The notes under the pieces were generated by a model. It saw only the letters and a program-made list of their open reading frames with translations. It had not been told where the DNA came from and searched no databases. A DNA stretch of 41,825 nucleotides, taken from positions 1 to 41,825 of the forward strand of contig JBNAVT010000020.1 of the NCBI GenBank assembly GCA_049700215.1, given 5' to 3'. This stretch comes from Thermoproteota archaeon (lineage in GTDB: Archaea > Thermoproteota > EX4484-205 > JAAOZP01). Position 1 is the first letter of the stretch; each line of letters begins with the position of its first letter. This document shows, piece after piece, positions 9,150 to 17,934 of the stretch. Position numbers and translations under genes: made by a program.

Positions 9150-10208
9150 TTGCCCGAGAAAACGATCATGATAGATGTGCTTACGCCTAAGCAGGCTCTC
9201 CTATTCGGTAAGGTTAAGGAGAAGCTTGAGGAGAAAGGTTGCAGAGTACTCGTTACTTCGCGCAAGTATGTTGAGTTAATCAACATTTTCAAACTGTCAC
9301 ATATCAAACCAGTTGTTATAGGTAGGCATGGGGGCGGAGAACCCTATGGGAAACTCGCCTCATCTCTCGACAGGATGCTCAGTCTTTTAAGACTCGTGAG
9401 GAAGACTAATCCAGACATTGTTTTAAGCTTCAGCTCACCGGAGGCCGCGAGGGTTGCGTTTGGACTAGGCATTCCCCACGTCTCTGTTAACGATTCCCCT
9501 CATTCAACGTATGTCGCGAGGCTGGCGATTCCTCTCAGCCGTAAGCTTTTAACCCCCATGGTTGTGGGGAAAAACGTCTGGCTGAAATACGGCATAGGCA
9601 GGAAGGATATAGTTACATATAGATCTCTAGACCCCGTCGCATGGCTGAGAGACTTTAACCCTGCGAAAAGCATCCTTAGGAAATATGGCTTGGCTGAAGG
9701 CGAATACATCGTCTACCGGCCTGAGGAATATAGGGCGTCCTATTTAAGCGTGAGACAGCTGACGCTTGAAACCGTTTCAAAGGTTTTCAAAAAAGATAGG
9801 TGTCTAGCAGGGTTAAAAATCGTTATCGTGCCCAGATATGAGGAGGAGACATATAGAATGTTTTTCAGAAAACAGGACTTGGTAATACTTGAACACGGCG
9901 AAGATACTCGCTCAATACTATTCTATTCAAAAGGGTTCATCGGAGCAGGAGGCACGATGAGTGCTGAAGCTGTGCTCATGGGGATACCGGCAGTATCAAT
10001 CTATCCTTCCTCCACGATTGTTGAAGAGTTCCTTATTAGGAAAGGGCTACTCGTTAAACCGGCTGGGGAAAAAGACTTGCGCAACTGGTTAAGGAAAACT
10101 GTTTCTCGAGAGTTCGAGGAGCGTGAAAGGCTTTCGTCTCTGAGGAGACTTAGAAGAATGGAGGATCCTGCTGAAAAGATTTCTGAAACCTGTTTAAACC
10201 TGCTTTAA
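9150..10208 (+). CDS. DUF354 family protein (GT-B/UDP-GlcNAc 2-epimerase-like fold)
   Basis: IDVLTPKQ, IGRHGGG, SFSSPEAARVAFGLGIP..NDSPH, GAGGTMSAEA motifs; TTG start. Confidence 0.8.
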   Translation: MPEKTIMIDVLTPKQALLFGKVKEKLEEKGCRVLVTSRKYVELINIFKLSHIKPVVIGRHGGGEPYGKLASSLDRMLSLLRLVRKTNPDIVLSFSSPEAARVAFGLGIPHVSVNDSPHSTYVARLAIPLSRKLLTPMVVGKNVWLKYGIGRKDIVTYRSLDPVAWLRDFNPAKSILRKYGLAEGEYIVYRPEEYRASYLSVRQLTLETVSKVFKKDRCLAGLKIVIVPRYEEETYRMFFRKQDLVILEHGEDTRSILFYSKGFIGAGGTMSAEAVLMGIPAVSIYPSSTIVEEFLIRKGLLVKPAGEKDLRNWLRKTVSREFEERERLSSLRRLRRMEDPAEKISETCLNLL

Positions 10209-10463
10209 GGACTCTGCTTCTCCGCGTCTTATCTCTCTCAAAAATAGGTGCTTGTATAGGTAAAGCCAGACGAATATCCACAGCAGTATGAGCAGTAGTC
10301 CAACGACTGTTTGAACAAATCCTACCAAGAGCCTTGGCAAAGGCCTCAGAATCCTCTCTATGTTCACCTGAATAGTGTAAAAAACATGCGAGCCGAATAT
10401 TATTACAACATAGTTAAACAGAATTAGGAGAACCAGGGGTTTAAGGCTGGGAAGCTTACTCAT
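10194..10463 (-). CDS. Small two-TM membrane protein
   Basis: 89 aa with two long hydrophobic segments; starts 4 nt after the GPT stop, consistent with an operon. Confidence 0.7.
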   Translation of the reverse strand: MSKLPSLKPLVLLILFNYVVIIFGSHVFYTIQVNIERILRPLPRLLVGFVQTVVGLLLILLWIFVWLYLYKHLFLREIRRGEAESLKQV

Positions 10464-10467
10464 ATTC

Positions 10468-11550
10468 TCACCACAACCCTAGTGCGACTGTTAAAATAGT
10501 CAGCCCGTTTGACAGGGCGCATAGGGTCATGATTGCTTTTATAATCTCCTTCTCGCTCCTAAAGCCCAGTGCAGCGACGAATCTCGTCAGAGTTATGGGT
10601 GCTTTCAAATCCCTGTTAGCATAAATAGTGCCGTTCTCTGAAACCACTATGGGTCTCTCTTTCAACTCGGATCTTTCGAAAAGCCTTCCGACGCTCGAAA
10701 GGTTGAAGAAACCGTTCGTTAAATGAGGCAGTAGACTTATTATCAAGGGTATTTCGCAGCCTTGGACGACTGAGAAAGCTAGAAGCGCACCGCCTATTGA
10801 GAGGGTGCCGGTATCTCCTACGAAAACCCTGGCCGGATACTTGTTGTACGTGAACAATGCCAGCATAGGTGGGAAAACAATGCTGAAAAGCAGGCTTGTC
10901 AAAAACATGTCGAAGCCTCCTCCCGTAAAGTGTTTCAAAGCCACAGTAAGGGTCAGGGTCGTTAAAACCATTAGGGAGGAGCCTGTCGCAGTCCCGTTCA
11001 TAGTGTCGAACATGTTAACCGAGTTGGACACTACCGCGAGCAACCCTGGAATAACCACCGTGTATATTAAAGGTATGCGGAAGATTATTCCTAAGGGTAA
11101 AACTAGGCTTCCGGAGTAGGGGTGTAACAGGATTAAGGGTAATCCGGCTGCAGCTGTTAGAAGAGGCTTCTCCACCGCACCAAGCTTCTTCAAGTCATCT
11201 ATTACTCCTACAAGCCCGGTTGCAAGCACCGTAAACATTACTCCCAGTACTTCAGAGACATAGAGGCTTAGCAGAACCGCTGGAATCGAGGCTGCTGCAA
11301 CCCCTATGATGAAAGCTAAGCCGCCCATCTCCGGGATCCTTGGCTTCCCGGGCTTATGGTAGTCAACCCCGGAAATGCCGAGTTTAATGAAATTCCTAGC
11401 TATGTACTTAAGGGTTAGCATGGATGTGGCGAGGCCTATTGCCCCTGAAGCGGCTGCGACGAGCACAGGGTTTTCCAGCATATTCTTCCCAAACGGTGCT
11501 AATGTATTTAATAAGTTTTCCAAGCGTGAGGGCGATAGTTTAATAAGCAT
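10468..11550 (-). CDS. aglH: UDP-GlcNAc:dolichyl-phosphate GlcNAc-1-phosphotransferase (AglH/DPAGT1, MraY-like GT4)
   Basis: GVDYHKPGKPRIPEMGG, GVIDDL, NSVNMFDTMNG, YNKYPARVFVGDTG; multi-pass membrane protein. Confidence 0.8.
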   Translation of the reverse strand: MLIKLSPSRLENLLNTLAPFGKNMLENPVLVAAASGAIGLATSMLTLKYIARNFIKLGISGVDYHKPGKPRIPEMGGLAFIIGVAAASIPAVLLSLYVSEVLGVMFTVLATGLVGVIDDLKKLGAVEKPLLTAAAGLPLILLHPYSGSLVLPLGIIFRIPLIYTVVIPGLLAVVSNSVNMFDTMNGTATGSSLMVLTTLTLTVALKHFTGGGFDMFLTSLLFSIVFPPMLALFTYNKYPARVFVGDTGTLSIGGALLAFSVVQGCEIPLIISLLPHLTNGFFNLSSVGRLFERSELKERPIVVSENGTIYANRDLKAPITLTRFVAALGFRSEKEIIKAIMTLCALSNGLTILTVALGLW

Positions 11551-11573
11551 ATTTTCATGGTTAGCGGTGTCCT

Positions 11574-12065
11574 TTGAGCTGGAACGGAGGCAGTGGGAGG
11601 GGCGTCTTTTTCCAGAGAATCGTTTTGCTGATGAGCCTCTCTCTTATTCTTCTCTACATAGCCTACGAGCTTCTAGAAGCACCGTCGAAAGACTTTCTAG
11701 CGTTGAAAATAGTTGATTTCAGGGAGGAGAACAACGAGTTTTCCATGGTTCTTTTCTTAAGCAATAATTCAAGCGAGAAGCGCGAGGGACATCTAATATT
11801 CTTAATCGGGTATGAGGGCAGCAGGGTCTCAGAGAATGCTACCTACTACTGTTTTACGAATTTCAAAACTTTTAACTTTAGCGTTGTTAAGCTTAATCCC
11901 GGCGAGGCGAAAAAGCTCTATGCGGAGCTGCCTCCGGACCCTGAGGCTGAGAGGATCATAATAGTCTATTGCTATGATTCAAACAATATTGTTAGAGCAG
12001 AGTATCGTAGTCCAGTGTTGCTGAGGAGGGATAGGACAGTATGGGTTCAAACATGGATAGGTTGA
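11574..12065 (+). CDS. Hypothetical protein with N-terminal membrane anchor and Ig-like domain
   Basis: 163 aa; TM IVLLMSLSLILLYIAY, LNPGEAKKL; overlaps the next gene. Confidence 0.65.
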   Translation: MSWNGGSGRGVFFQRIVLLMSLSLILLYIAYELLEAPSKDFLALKIVDFREENNEFSMVLFLSNNSSEKREGHLIFLIGYEGSRVSENATYYCFTNFKTFNFSVVKLNPGEAKKLYAELPPDPEAERIIIVYCYDSNNIVRAEYRSPVLLRRDRTVWVQTWIG

Positions 12066-13786
12066 AACAGCGGCGAGACTGGCGCTTGATCGCAGTATTT
12101 TCAATCGCATTACTGTTAAGGATCGTGCCGTCGGTTAAGTACGGTTTGCCATACGGATTCGACGTTTACGAGTTTGTTTCAAGAGTGCTTGTGCTCAACG
12201 AGGGGAGGGCCGTGTCCCTGCCCCACGGTCCACTCTTCTATTATCTTCAACTGGCGATTCTCAAGACTGTGGGCTACGACATGTTTATGAAAATCCTCAC
12301 TTTCATTGAACCACTCGTCTTCGCTTTTTTCATCCTACCGCCCTACTTTGTTTCAAAACAGTTTAAAACTGGTGACAACAAGCCTGTCTACACGCTTCTA
12401 TACCTTTCTGTGATCAACCTGCTTGTGCATCAGATAGGGGGCGTAATAATACCAGAGGGACTTGGAATACTGTTCTACGGGCTATCCGTGCTGTTCACGA
12501 TGAGGGCTTTAACCGTTGATTGGAGATGGATGTTCCCTGCGATGCTCTCCGGGTTTTTAACCGTCATGAGCCACCACCTCTCTGCTTTTCAACTCATACT
12601 GTTCTTCTCCTCGCTTTTCCACTCCTACCTTTACTACTATTTGAGGCATGAGGAGACCGGCAGTCTATTCCGGCTGCTAGTTTTAATGCTAGCAACCACG
12701 ATTCTCCTGCTTGCCTCGTCAGCATCCGTTTGGAGCCTAGCCGCCGAGGAGGAAAACATGCTGAAACTAGTCCTAAACATGGTTTTTGAAAACCCTGTTC
12801 TCCTGCTCCCGATAGCAGCCGCGATTATTCTCCTTCCGGTCGTCACGGTTGGAATAGTAGGGTTCGTGAAAAAATACCGGAAATTCACTTTCACAAAGAC
12901 TTTCACATCGATATTGCTGGTCAGCGTAATAGTTCCCATCGTCTTAACAGTCGTGTTCCACCCTGAGGCTTTACCAACCATCCTGTGGTTCACCATACCT
13001 CTTTCACTGGGCTTCCTGCCTTTCACAATCCACGGCTTAATACAATACTGTAAGAAAAGCCCGCTCTACGACGCGTTGTTCTTTATGGCTCCCTTAATGG
13101 TTTTCATGGTTGAAGCCTCTTTCCTACTCTCGTTAGCGGAGTATCGCGTGCTTATCCACAGGATCCCCACGTTCATCATATATTTTGCAACCCCGTTAGC
13201 CGGCTACGGTCTAAGCTGCTTCAGCAGCGAGTTGAGAAGCATGGAGAAAGAGTATCTGGCGGGAATGATTATAGCCTACTTCCTGCTTTCACTCGCTTCC
13301 ACATCCTACCCTAAGCCGGAATTCACGTATAGCATTAAGGAGTCGATCAGCCATTCTGAGCTTAAGCTTGCTGAGGAAGCTTACAGCTACTCCGTGCTTT
13401 TCAACTCTAAAATCGATACTGACACTAGGCTCGGCGCTCTTCTAATGTTCGTATCCTGCAGAAACGCTTTCTGGACGGGCAACCTGACATCATGGTTCCT
13501 ACCGTCGAACTCCTGGCTTGTAAACGTGTCAATCACTGGAAAGCCATACTCTGTTGAAAAAGGTGTTTTAATAGTCACCTCTGATGCCATGAGGGAGACG
13601 TACGGCGGCAGGGTTGTCAACCTGATAACCAAACCCTCTGGACCGCTTGGGGAGGAAGCCATCAATTATCTTAACAACTCTCCGGGCATAGATAGGCTTG
13701 AAGACGTTCAGAATGGTGCAATCTACATGCTTTCACCCTGGAAAGAGTTAAATCGTAGTGGTAATGAGACCCATGGCGATGGTTAA
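12041..13786 (+). CDS. Multi-pass membrane protein, probable GT-C-fold glycosyltransferase
   Basis: About 13 TM segments. First external loop GLPYGFDVYE has an acidic residue; also PEGLG and HHLS motifs and a soluble C-terminal domain. Confidence 0.6.
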   Translation: MGSNMDRLKQRRDWRLIAVFSIALLLRIVPSVKYGLPYGFDVYEFVSRVLVLNEGRAVSLPHGPLFYYLQLAILKTVGYDMFMKILTFIEPLVFAFFILPPYFVSKQFKTGDNKPVYTLLYLSVINLLVHQIGGVIIPEGLGILFYGLSVLFTMRALTVDWRWMFPAMLSGFLTVMSHHLSAFQLILFFSSLFHSYLYYYLRHEETGSLFRLLVLMLATTILLLASSASVWSLAAEEENMLKLVLNMVFENPVLLLPIAAAIILLPVVTVGIVGFVKKYRKFTFTKTFTSILLVSVIVPIVLTVVFHPEALPTILWFTIPLSLGFLPFTIHGLIQYCKKSPLYDALFFMAPLMVFMVEASFLLSLAEYRVLIHRIPTFIIYFATPLAGYGLSCFSSELRSMEKEYLAGMIIAYFLLSLASTSYPKPEFTYSIKESISHSELKLAEEAYSYSVLFNSKIDTDTRLGALLMFVSCRNAFWTGNLTSWFLPSNSWLVNVSITGKPYSVEKGVLIVTSDAMRETYGGRVVNLITKPSGPLGEEAINYLNNSPGIDRLEDVQNGAIYMLSPWKELNRSGNETHGDG

Positions 13787-14018
13787 AGCCGTGGTATTAA
13801 TAAGGTGTAGGGCTGGAACCTACAAGGATGTTGTCAGAAGGCTTAGGGAACTGGAGAATATTAAGCTGGTTTTTTCAAGCCTAGGTGCGTACGACGTTGT
13901 CTCCAAGATTGAAGCAGGCAGCTTGGCTGAGATAGCTAGGGTGGTTCGCACAATAAGGTCTTTTAAAAACGTCAGCGCCACTGAAACCCTTGTCGAAGTC
14001 GAGGAGGCTCGTAAATGA
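13773..14018 (+). CDS. Stand-alone Lrp/AsnC ligand-binding (RAM) domain protein
   Basis: KAVVLI...LGAYDVV...IRSFKNVSATETLV; no HTH. ATG at 13773 preferred over GTG at 13758. Confidence 0.8.
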   Translation: MAMVKAVVLIRCRAGTYKDVVRRLRELENIKLVFSSLGAYDVVSKIEAGSLAEIARVVRTIRSFKNVSATETLVEVEEARK

Positions 14019-14239
14019 CTTACAGCTGCGTCCTTATCAGCGTTGACGATGGGAAAATGACGCAGGTTCTTGAAAAAATCAGAAAGATCGACGGCGTAAT
14101 CGATGCTTTCGAATGCTTCGGAAGATTCGACATAGTCGCTATTCTTCAGGCGAACGATGTTTCGGAGCTTGCTCTGCTAACTGCAGAGATAAACTCGATT
14201 GAGGGCGTTGAGAAGACCGAGACGCTGGTTGCAAGCTGA
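14015..14239 (+). CDS. Stand-alone Lrp/AsnC ligand-binding (RAM) domain protein
   Basis: IDGVIDAFECFGRFDIVA...IEGVEKTETLV; overlaps the previous stop. Confidence 0.85.
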   Translation: MTYSCVLISVDDGKMTQVLEKIRKIDGVIDAFECFGRFDIVAILQANDVSELALLTAEINSIEGVEKTETLVAS

Positions 14240-14246
14240 AGACAGG

Positions 14247-15218
14247 CTATTTTAAGTGTTCCCAGCCTCTTCTTAAGACTCGAACCGTCTTACCATCCTC
14301 CCTGCGGTACCAAACCCCCTTGCGACCTATGAGCCTCCCAACAGGTGTCAAAGACCCTCCTACATGCTCAACCCTTCTAACAGCCATTCCCCATTTCTCC
14401 CTCGGAATGACTGCTACAAGCTCAAACTCCTCGCCCCCGTGGAAAACCATTTGAGAAAAAGACACTCCAAGCATTCTAGAGGCTTCCTCCAGGCCTTTGC
14501 TGACCGGTAGGTTCTCAACGAGAATCCCGTTCCCAGTCCCCCGTATAAGATTGTATAGAGATACTGCAAGGCCGTCACTAGAATCGGTGCATGCCGTTGC
14601 AACACCGTTAAGAGCCATGCCCTCCCTGAGCCGCGCGACGGGTCTGCATATTTTCCTCAATACTCTTTTCCTCAGGGATCCAGGCAGCTTGTCAAGACTC
14701 CTCATCAGCTTGAAGCCCACGTATGTTTCCCCGAAGGTTCCGGTTACGGCAACAATATCCCCCGGCTTCCCACCTGTTCTAGGAATCGGCAGCCTGTTTG
14801 AAAGAGATAACGTGGTCACGCTAATAGTAACGCAGGGAGACTCATTCGTATCCCCGCCCATAAGTGTTCCCCCGTAAAGATCAACCGCGTCCCTCCACCC
14901 CTTTACAAGCTCCTTGAACCTTCTCCACCCGAATCCTCGCGGAAGCCCGATGATCAGATAGTAGTAGGTTGGAGCCACCCCTTTAGAAGCAATGTCGCTC
15001 ACACTTATCGTGAAACTTTTAAAAGCCATTTGCCTAATCGTCATGAAAGGCGGAACATCTGTTGTTTCAACAAGCATGTCCCCCGCGAAGACGAGATGCT
15101 TCTTGTTAAGCACACAGCCCCAAGCATCATCATAAGGCGAAAGAATGTTTCCAGACTGTGGGAAAACCTTTTTCATGAAATCTATCGCCGAATACTCGCC
15201 GAACGCTTTTCGCACCAT
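14247..15218 (-). CDS. thiL: Thiamine-phosphate kinase
   Basis: GE..AI, DDA, DMLVETTD, SDIASKG, GGDTNE, VTGTFG, DSSDGL, GGEEFELV, GWEH motifs. Confidence 0.9.
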   Translation of the reverse strand: MVRKAFGEYSAIDFMKKVFPQSGNILSPYDDAWGCVLNKKHLVFAGDMLVETTDVPPFMTIRQMAFKSFTISVSDIASKGVAPTYYYLIIGLPRGFGWRRFKELVKGWRDAVDLYGGTLMGGDTNESPCVTISVTTLSLSNRLPIPRTGGKPGDIVAVTGTFGETYVGFKLMRSLDKLPGSLRKRVLRKICRPVARLREGMALNGVATACTDSSDGLAVSLYNLIRGTGNGILVENLPVSKGLEEASRMLGVSFSQMVFHGGEEFELVAVIPREKWGMAVRRVEHVGGSLTPVGRLIGRKGVWYRREDGKTVRVLRRGWEHLK

Positions 15219-15312
15219 CCAGTTCTAAGACCAGTCTAAGCTAGTTTAACCTTTTAACCTTGGTTTTAAAAAGAGAAAACGTTTTAAGCCCCTTTTTCAA
15301 AGATGCTGGTGA

Positions 15313-15402
15313 GCCTCGGTAACTCAGCCTGGTAGAGTGGCAGCCTCGTAAGCAGAAAGCCGGGGAAGCTGTTAGCCGAGGGTTCAAATCCCTCCCGAGG
15401 CT
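15313..15402 (+). tRNA. tRNA-Thr(CGT) with 16-nt canonical 37/38 intron (15351-15366)
   Basis: GCCTCGG TA ACTC AGCCTGGTA GAGT G GCAGC CT CGT A [AGCAGAAAGCCGGGGA] A GCTGT TAGCC GAGGG TTCAAAT CCCTC CCGAGGC T; BHB helix CTCG/CGGG. Confidence 0.93.
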
Positions 15403-15502
15403 TTATTGAAAGGCTATTTCCAGAGTTTTGTTAGTGGAGCATCGGAGGCTATGCTTAAAAGCTAGGGTCTTGCTTAGGGTTTGTCCAGCGTCTGGTTGAA
15501 AA

Positions 15503-16834
15503 ATGCTGCTCAACATAGGTATAGATGATACGGACTCTGAGGTGTTTGGCTGTACTACGCACGTAGCCGCTAAAATAGTGTCCCGGCTGGACGGCATGAG
15601 TGGGGTCGTGTTTATAGATTATCCGCTTCTCGTAAGGCTTAACCCAAATATTCCCTGGAAAACAAGGGGTAATGGGGCGGTAAGCATAAGGGTGGGAGTA
15701 GAGGGTCCGGAGGTTTACGCGGAGGTTGTGCGCTCCGTCGTAAGCGTCGTGGAAAAGTTTTCTGATTTAAACAGTCCCAGGTCGGAGCCCGCGATCGTCT
15801 TCAGCAACAGGCTCCCTGAGAAGGAGGATGTGCTCTACCAGTTCTACCTCAGGGTTTTAAGAAGCATGGTTTCACCGGTTGAGGCGTTGAAGATTGCTGA
15901 GGAAGCAGGCGCGTGCTGCAGGTTCCTGAAGAGTTCTAAGGTTGGGGTTGTGGGAGCGCTTGCAGCGGTTGGAGCGGTTTTTGAAGATTATACTTATGAG
16001 CTTCTTTCATACAGGGTGAGGGAAAACTATGGGAAGCCTCGTAGAATAGACCAGGACAGCGTCATCCTCATGGATAGGATTGCTTCTGAAAACACTTTTA
16101 ATAATGTTGACCCGGAGACGAAGCGTATCCTGATAACTCCTCACGGCAGAGACCCGGTGCTCTTCGGAATAAGGGGGGAGACGCCTGAAGCAGTCTACAA
16201 TGCTTTCAGGCTTGTGAAGGCTGAGGAGGAGATTGAAGGCTGGTGCATTTTCAAGACTAACCAGGGTACTGACGCGCATTTTCCAGACCAGCCTGTTGCA
16301 ATCAATCGTATTAGGAAGTATGATTCAACATGTGTTGAGGGGAGTGTGGTTGACAAGAAGATTATTCGGGGCGGGCATGTTATAGTGAGTATTGAAGGCG
16401 GGGGGAGGATTTCCTGCGCGTTCTACTCTCCCACTGGGGGCTTGAAGAAAGCCGCCTCAATGCTTGAGCCCGGCGACTACGTAAGAGTATATGGCGGTGT
16501 TAAAGAACATTTGGGAAGACTTGTCGTTAACGTTGAGAAAATGGAGGTTTTAAAACTATCCGAGAACACTAGGAAAACACCCCCGGCGTGCCCAAAATGC
16601 GGTAGGAAGTGTAAGAGCCTCGGGCTTCGCCAGGGCTTCGCTTGCGAGAAGTGTGGCGAGATAGTCGCAGAGCCTCAGATAATAGCGGTAGAACGAGGAC
16701 TGAAGGTGAATCAACAATATCTCCCACCTGAAAGGTCCCATAGACATTTAACCAAGCCGTTGAAAAGATATGGTTTAGAGAAGAATAGGCTCGGAGAGGC
16801 CTACGGCTTCATAAGCCCGTGGCACTACCCATAG
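15503..16834 (+). CDS. tiaS: tRNA(Ile2) 2-agmatinylcytidine synthetase
   Basis: IGIDDTDS...GCTTH, LVRLNPNIPWKTRGNGA, PHGRDPVLFGIRG, TNQGTDAH, OB fold, CPKCG...CEKC zinc ribbon, RHLTKP. Confidence 0.95.
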   Translation: MLLNIGIDDTDSEVFGCTTHVAAKIVSRLDGMSGVVFIDYPLLVRLNPNIPWKTRGNGAVSIRVGVEGPEVYAEVVRSVVSVVEKFSDLNSPRSEPAIVFSNRLPEKEDVLYQFYLRVLRSMVSPVEALKIAEEAGACCRFLKSSKVGVVGALAAVGAVFEDYTYELLSYRVRENYGKPRRIDQDSVILMDRIASENTFNNVDPETKRILITPHGRDPVLFGIRGETPEAVYNAFRLVKAEEEIEGWCIFKTNQGTDAHFPDQPVAINRIRKYDSTCVEGSVVDKKIIRGGHVIVSIEGGGRISCAFYSPTGGLKKAASMLEPGDYVRVYGGVKEHLGRLVVNVEKMEVLKLSENTRKTPPACPKCGRKCKSLGLRQGFACEKCGEIVAEPQIIAVERGLKVNQQYLPPERSHRHLTKPLKRYGLEKNRLGEAYGFISPWHYP

Positions 16835-17496
16835 GGTGCTTCAGTCTTCCCCAGGCTCGCTATGAAGGCCAGCGCGTCGTTAATAATGCTGACCAGGCTT
16901 TGAAAACCGTGCTGAACCCTGCTTTCAGTAAGCTCTCTAATCGGAAGAACTATCTGTAGAGCAGGAATCTTTTGAAACCTAGCCATCGCGACCGCAAGCG
17001 TCAGGGAGCTTCTCAAGCGTCTACCCTTAACAAGAATATACTCCTCCCTGTCTTTAAACCTCTCAGCAAGCTTTGGAGAATTGACTATGAGATAAGCCTT
17101 CCTATTCTTGCCTGAAACATTCACACAGTCAATGGTTAGAAGGAAGCTTGACCCGACTAGTTTCATAGTGTAGAGGAGCGAGGAGAAAAACATGTTGCGC
17201 TCCCTGTTCCCGAGAGAGTCAATATACTGTTGCCTAACCATCGTCGTGAAAACGCTTATGTTGAAGCCCCCTGTTCTAGCGTGGTAAATGTCTACAGTAG
17301 GAATCTTCCCAACACCCATAGAGTCCACTATCAAGTTGTCTGGGAAACCGTAGAAAACGATCTCGCCAACTGGCTTCATGTTGAAGAGCCTCACAAGGTT
17401 ACCCGCTTGAATAACACCCATACCGCTGGAACCCTCTAAGCCGAGGAACGTTAACCCCCTGCCGCCTATCTCCTCCCTAAGCAGTATCTCTATCAG
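16825..17496 (-). CDS. Divergent PAC2-family proteasome assembly chaperone-like protein (probable CTG start at 17496; first ATG at 17421)
   Basis: Frame is open 25 codons upstream of the ATG, giving FLGLEGSSGMGVIQAGNLV...VGEI...FP...GVGKIP, which parallels the PAC2 N-terminus (LIEGLPGxGLVG...). C-terminal MARFQKIPAL also fits. Confidence 0.55.
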   Translation of the reverse strand: MIEILLREEIGGRGLTFLGLEGSSGMGVIQAGNLVRLFNMKPVGEIVFYGFPDNLIVDSMGVGKIPTVDIYHARTGGFNISVFTTMVRQQYIDSLGNRERNMFFSSLLYTMKLVGSSFLLTIDCVNVSGKNRKAYLIVNSPKLAERFKDREEYILVKGRRLRSSLTLAVAMARFQKIPALQIVLPIRELTESRVQHGFQSLVSIINDALAFIASLGKTEAPYG

Positions 17497-17761
17497 CCTT
17501 CTTCACATCCCTGTTAAACTGGATAAGGAGGGACACAACCCTACTATTAAGATTTAACGCTACAATCTTATTGGCTGAAAGCCTCTCAGTCCTAATAAGG
17601 CCGAGCCTCATAAGATTTCTAAGAGCCCTGTCAACGCTTGAAGAGGAGCAGCCAGCCCTCCTAGCCAGCTCAACCTGAGTAAAAATAGTATGGGGAGAGT
17701 TTAAAAGCTCCTCTAAAACCCTAGCCTGAACCCTACTAGCGAAAACCTCACTCAGCCTCAT
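17477..17761 (-). CDS. Winged helix-turn-helix transcriptional regulator
   Basis: MRLSEVFASRVQARVLEELL...TQVELARRAGCSSSSVDRALRNLMRLGLI. Start moved to ATG 17761 because the longer ORF overlaps tRNA-Leu. Confidence 0.8.
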   Translation of the reverse strand: MRLSEVFASRVQARVLEELLNSPHTIFTQVELARRAGCSSSSVDRALRNLMRLGLIRTERLSANKIVALNLNSRVVSLLIQFNRDVKKADRDTA

Positions 17762-17815
17762 CCTAAAACTTAAAAACAATCCAAAATAATATGTCTTACT
17801 GCAGGAAAGAAGCGC

Positions 17816-17900
17816 GCGGGGGTCGCCAAGCCAGGCCAAAGGCGGGAGGCTCAAGACCTCTTCCCGCAGGGGTTCGTGGGTTCAAATCCCACCCCCCGCA
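17816..17900 (+). tRNA. tRNA-Leu(CAA), intronless
   Basis: GCGGGGG TC GCC AAGCCAGGCCAAA GGC G GGAGG CT CAA GA CCTCT [long variable arm] GTGGG TTCAAAT CCCAC CCCCCGC A. Confidence 0.95.
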
Positions 17901-17934
17901 CTCACATTTAAGTCAGTAGTATAGTTATTTCTAT

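Noticed and set aside
17762-17854. N-terminal extension of the 125-aa ORF (MSLPPLAWLG...)
   Set aside because: It is the antisense of tRNA-Leu and its promoter; the wHTH domain starts at ATG 17761.
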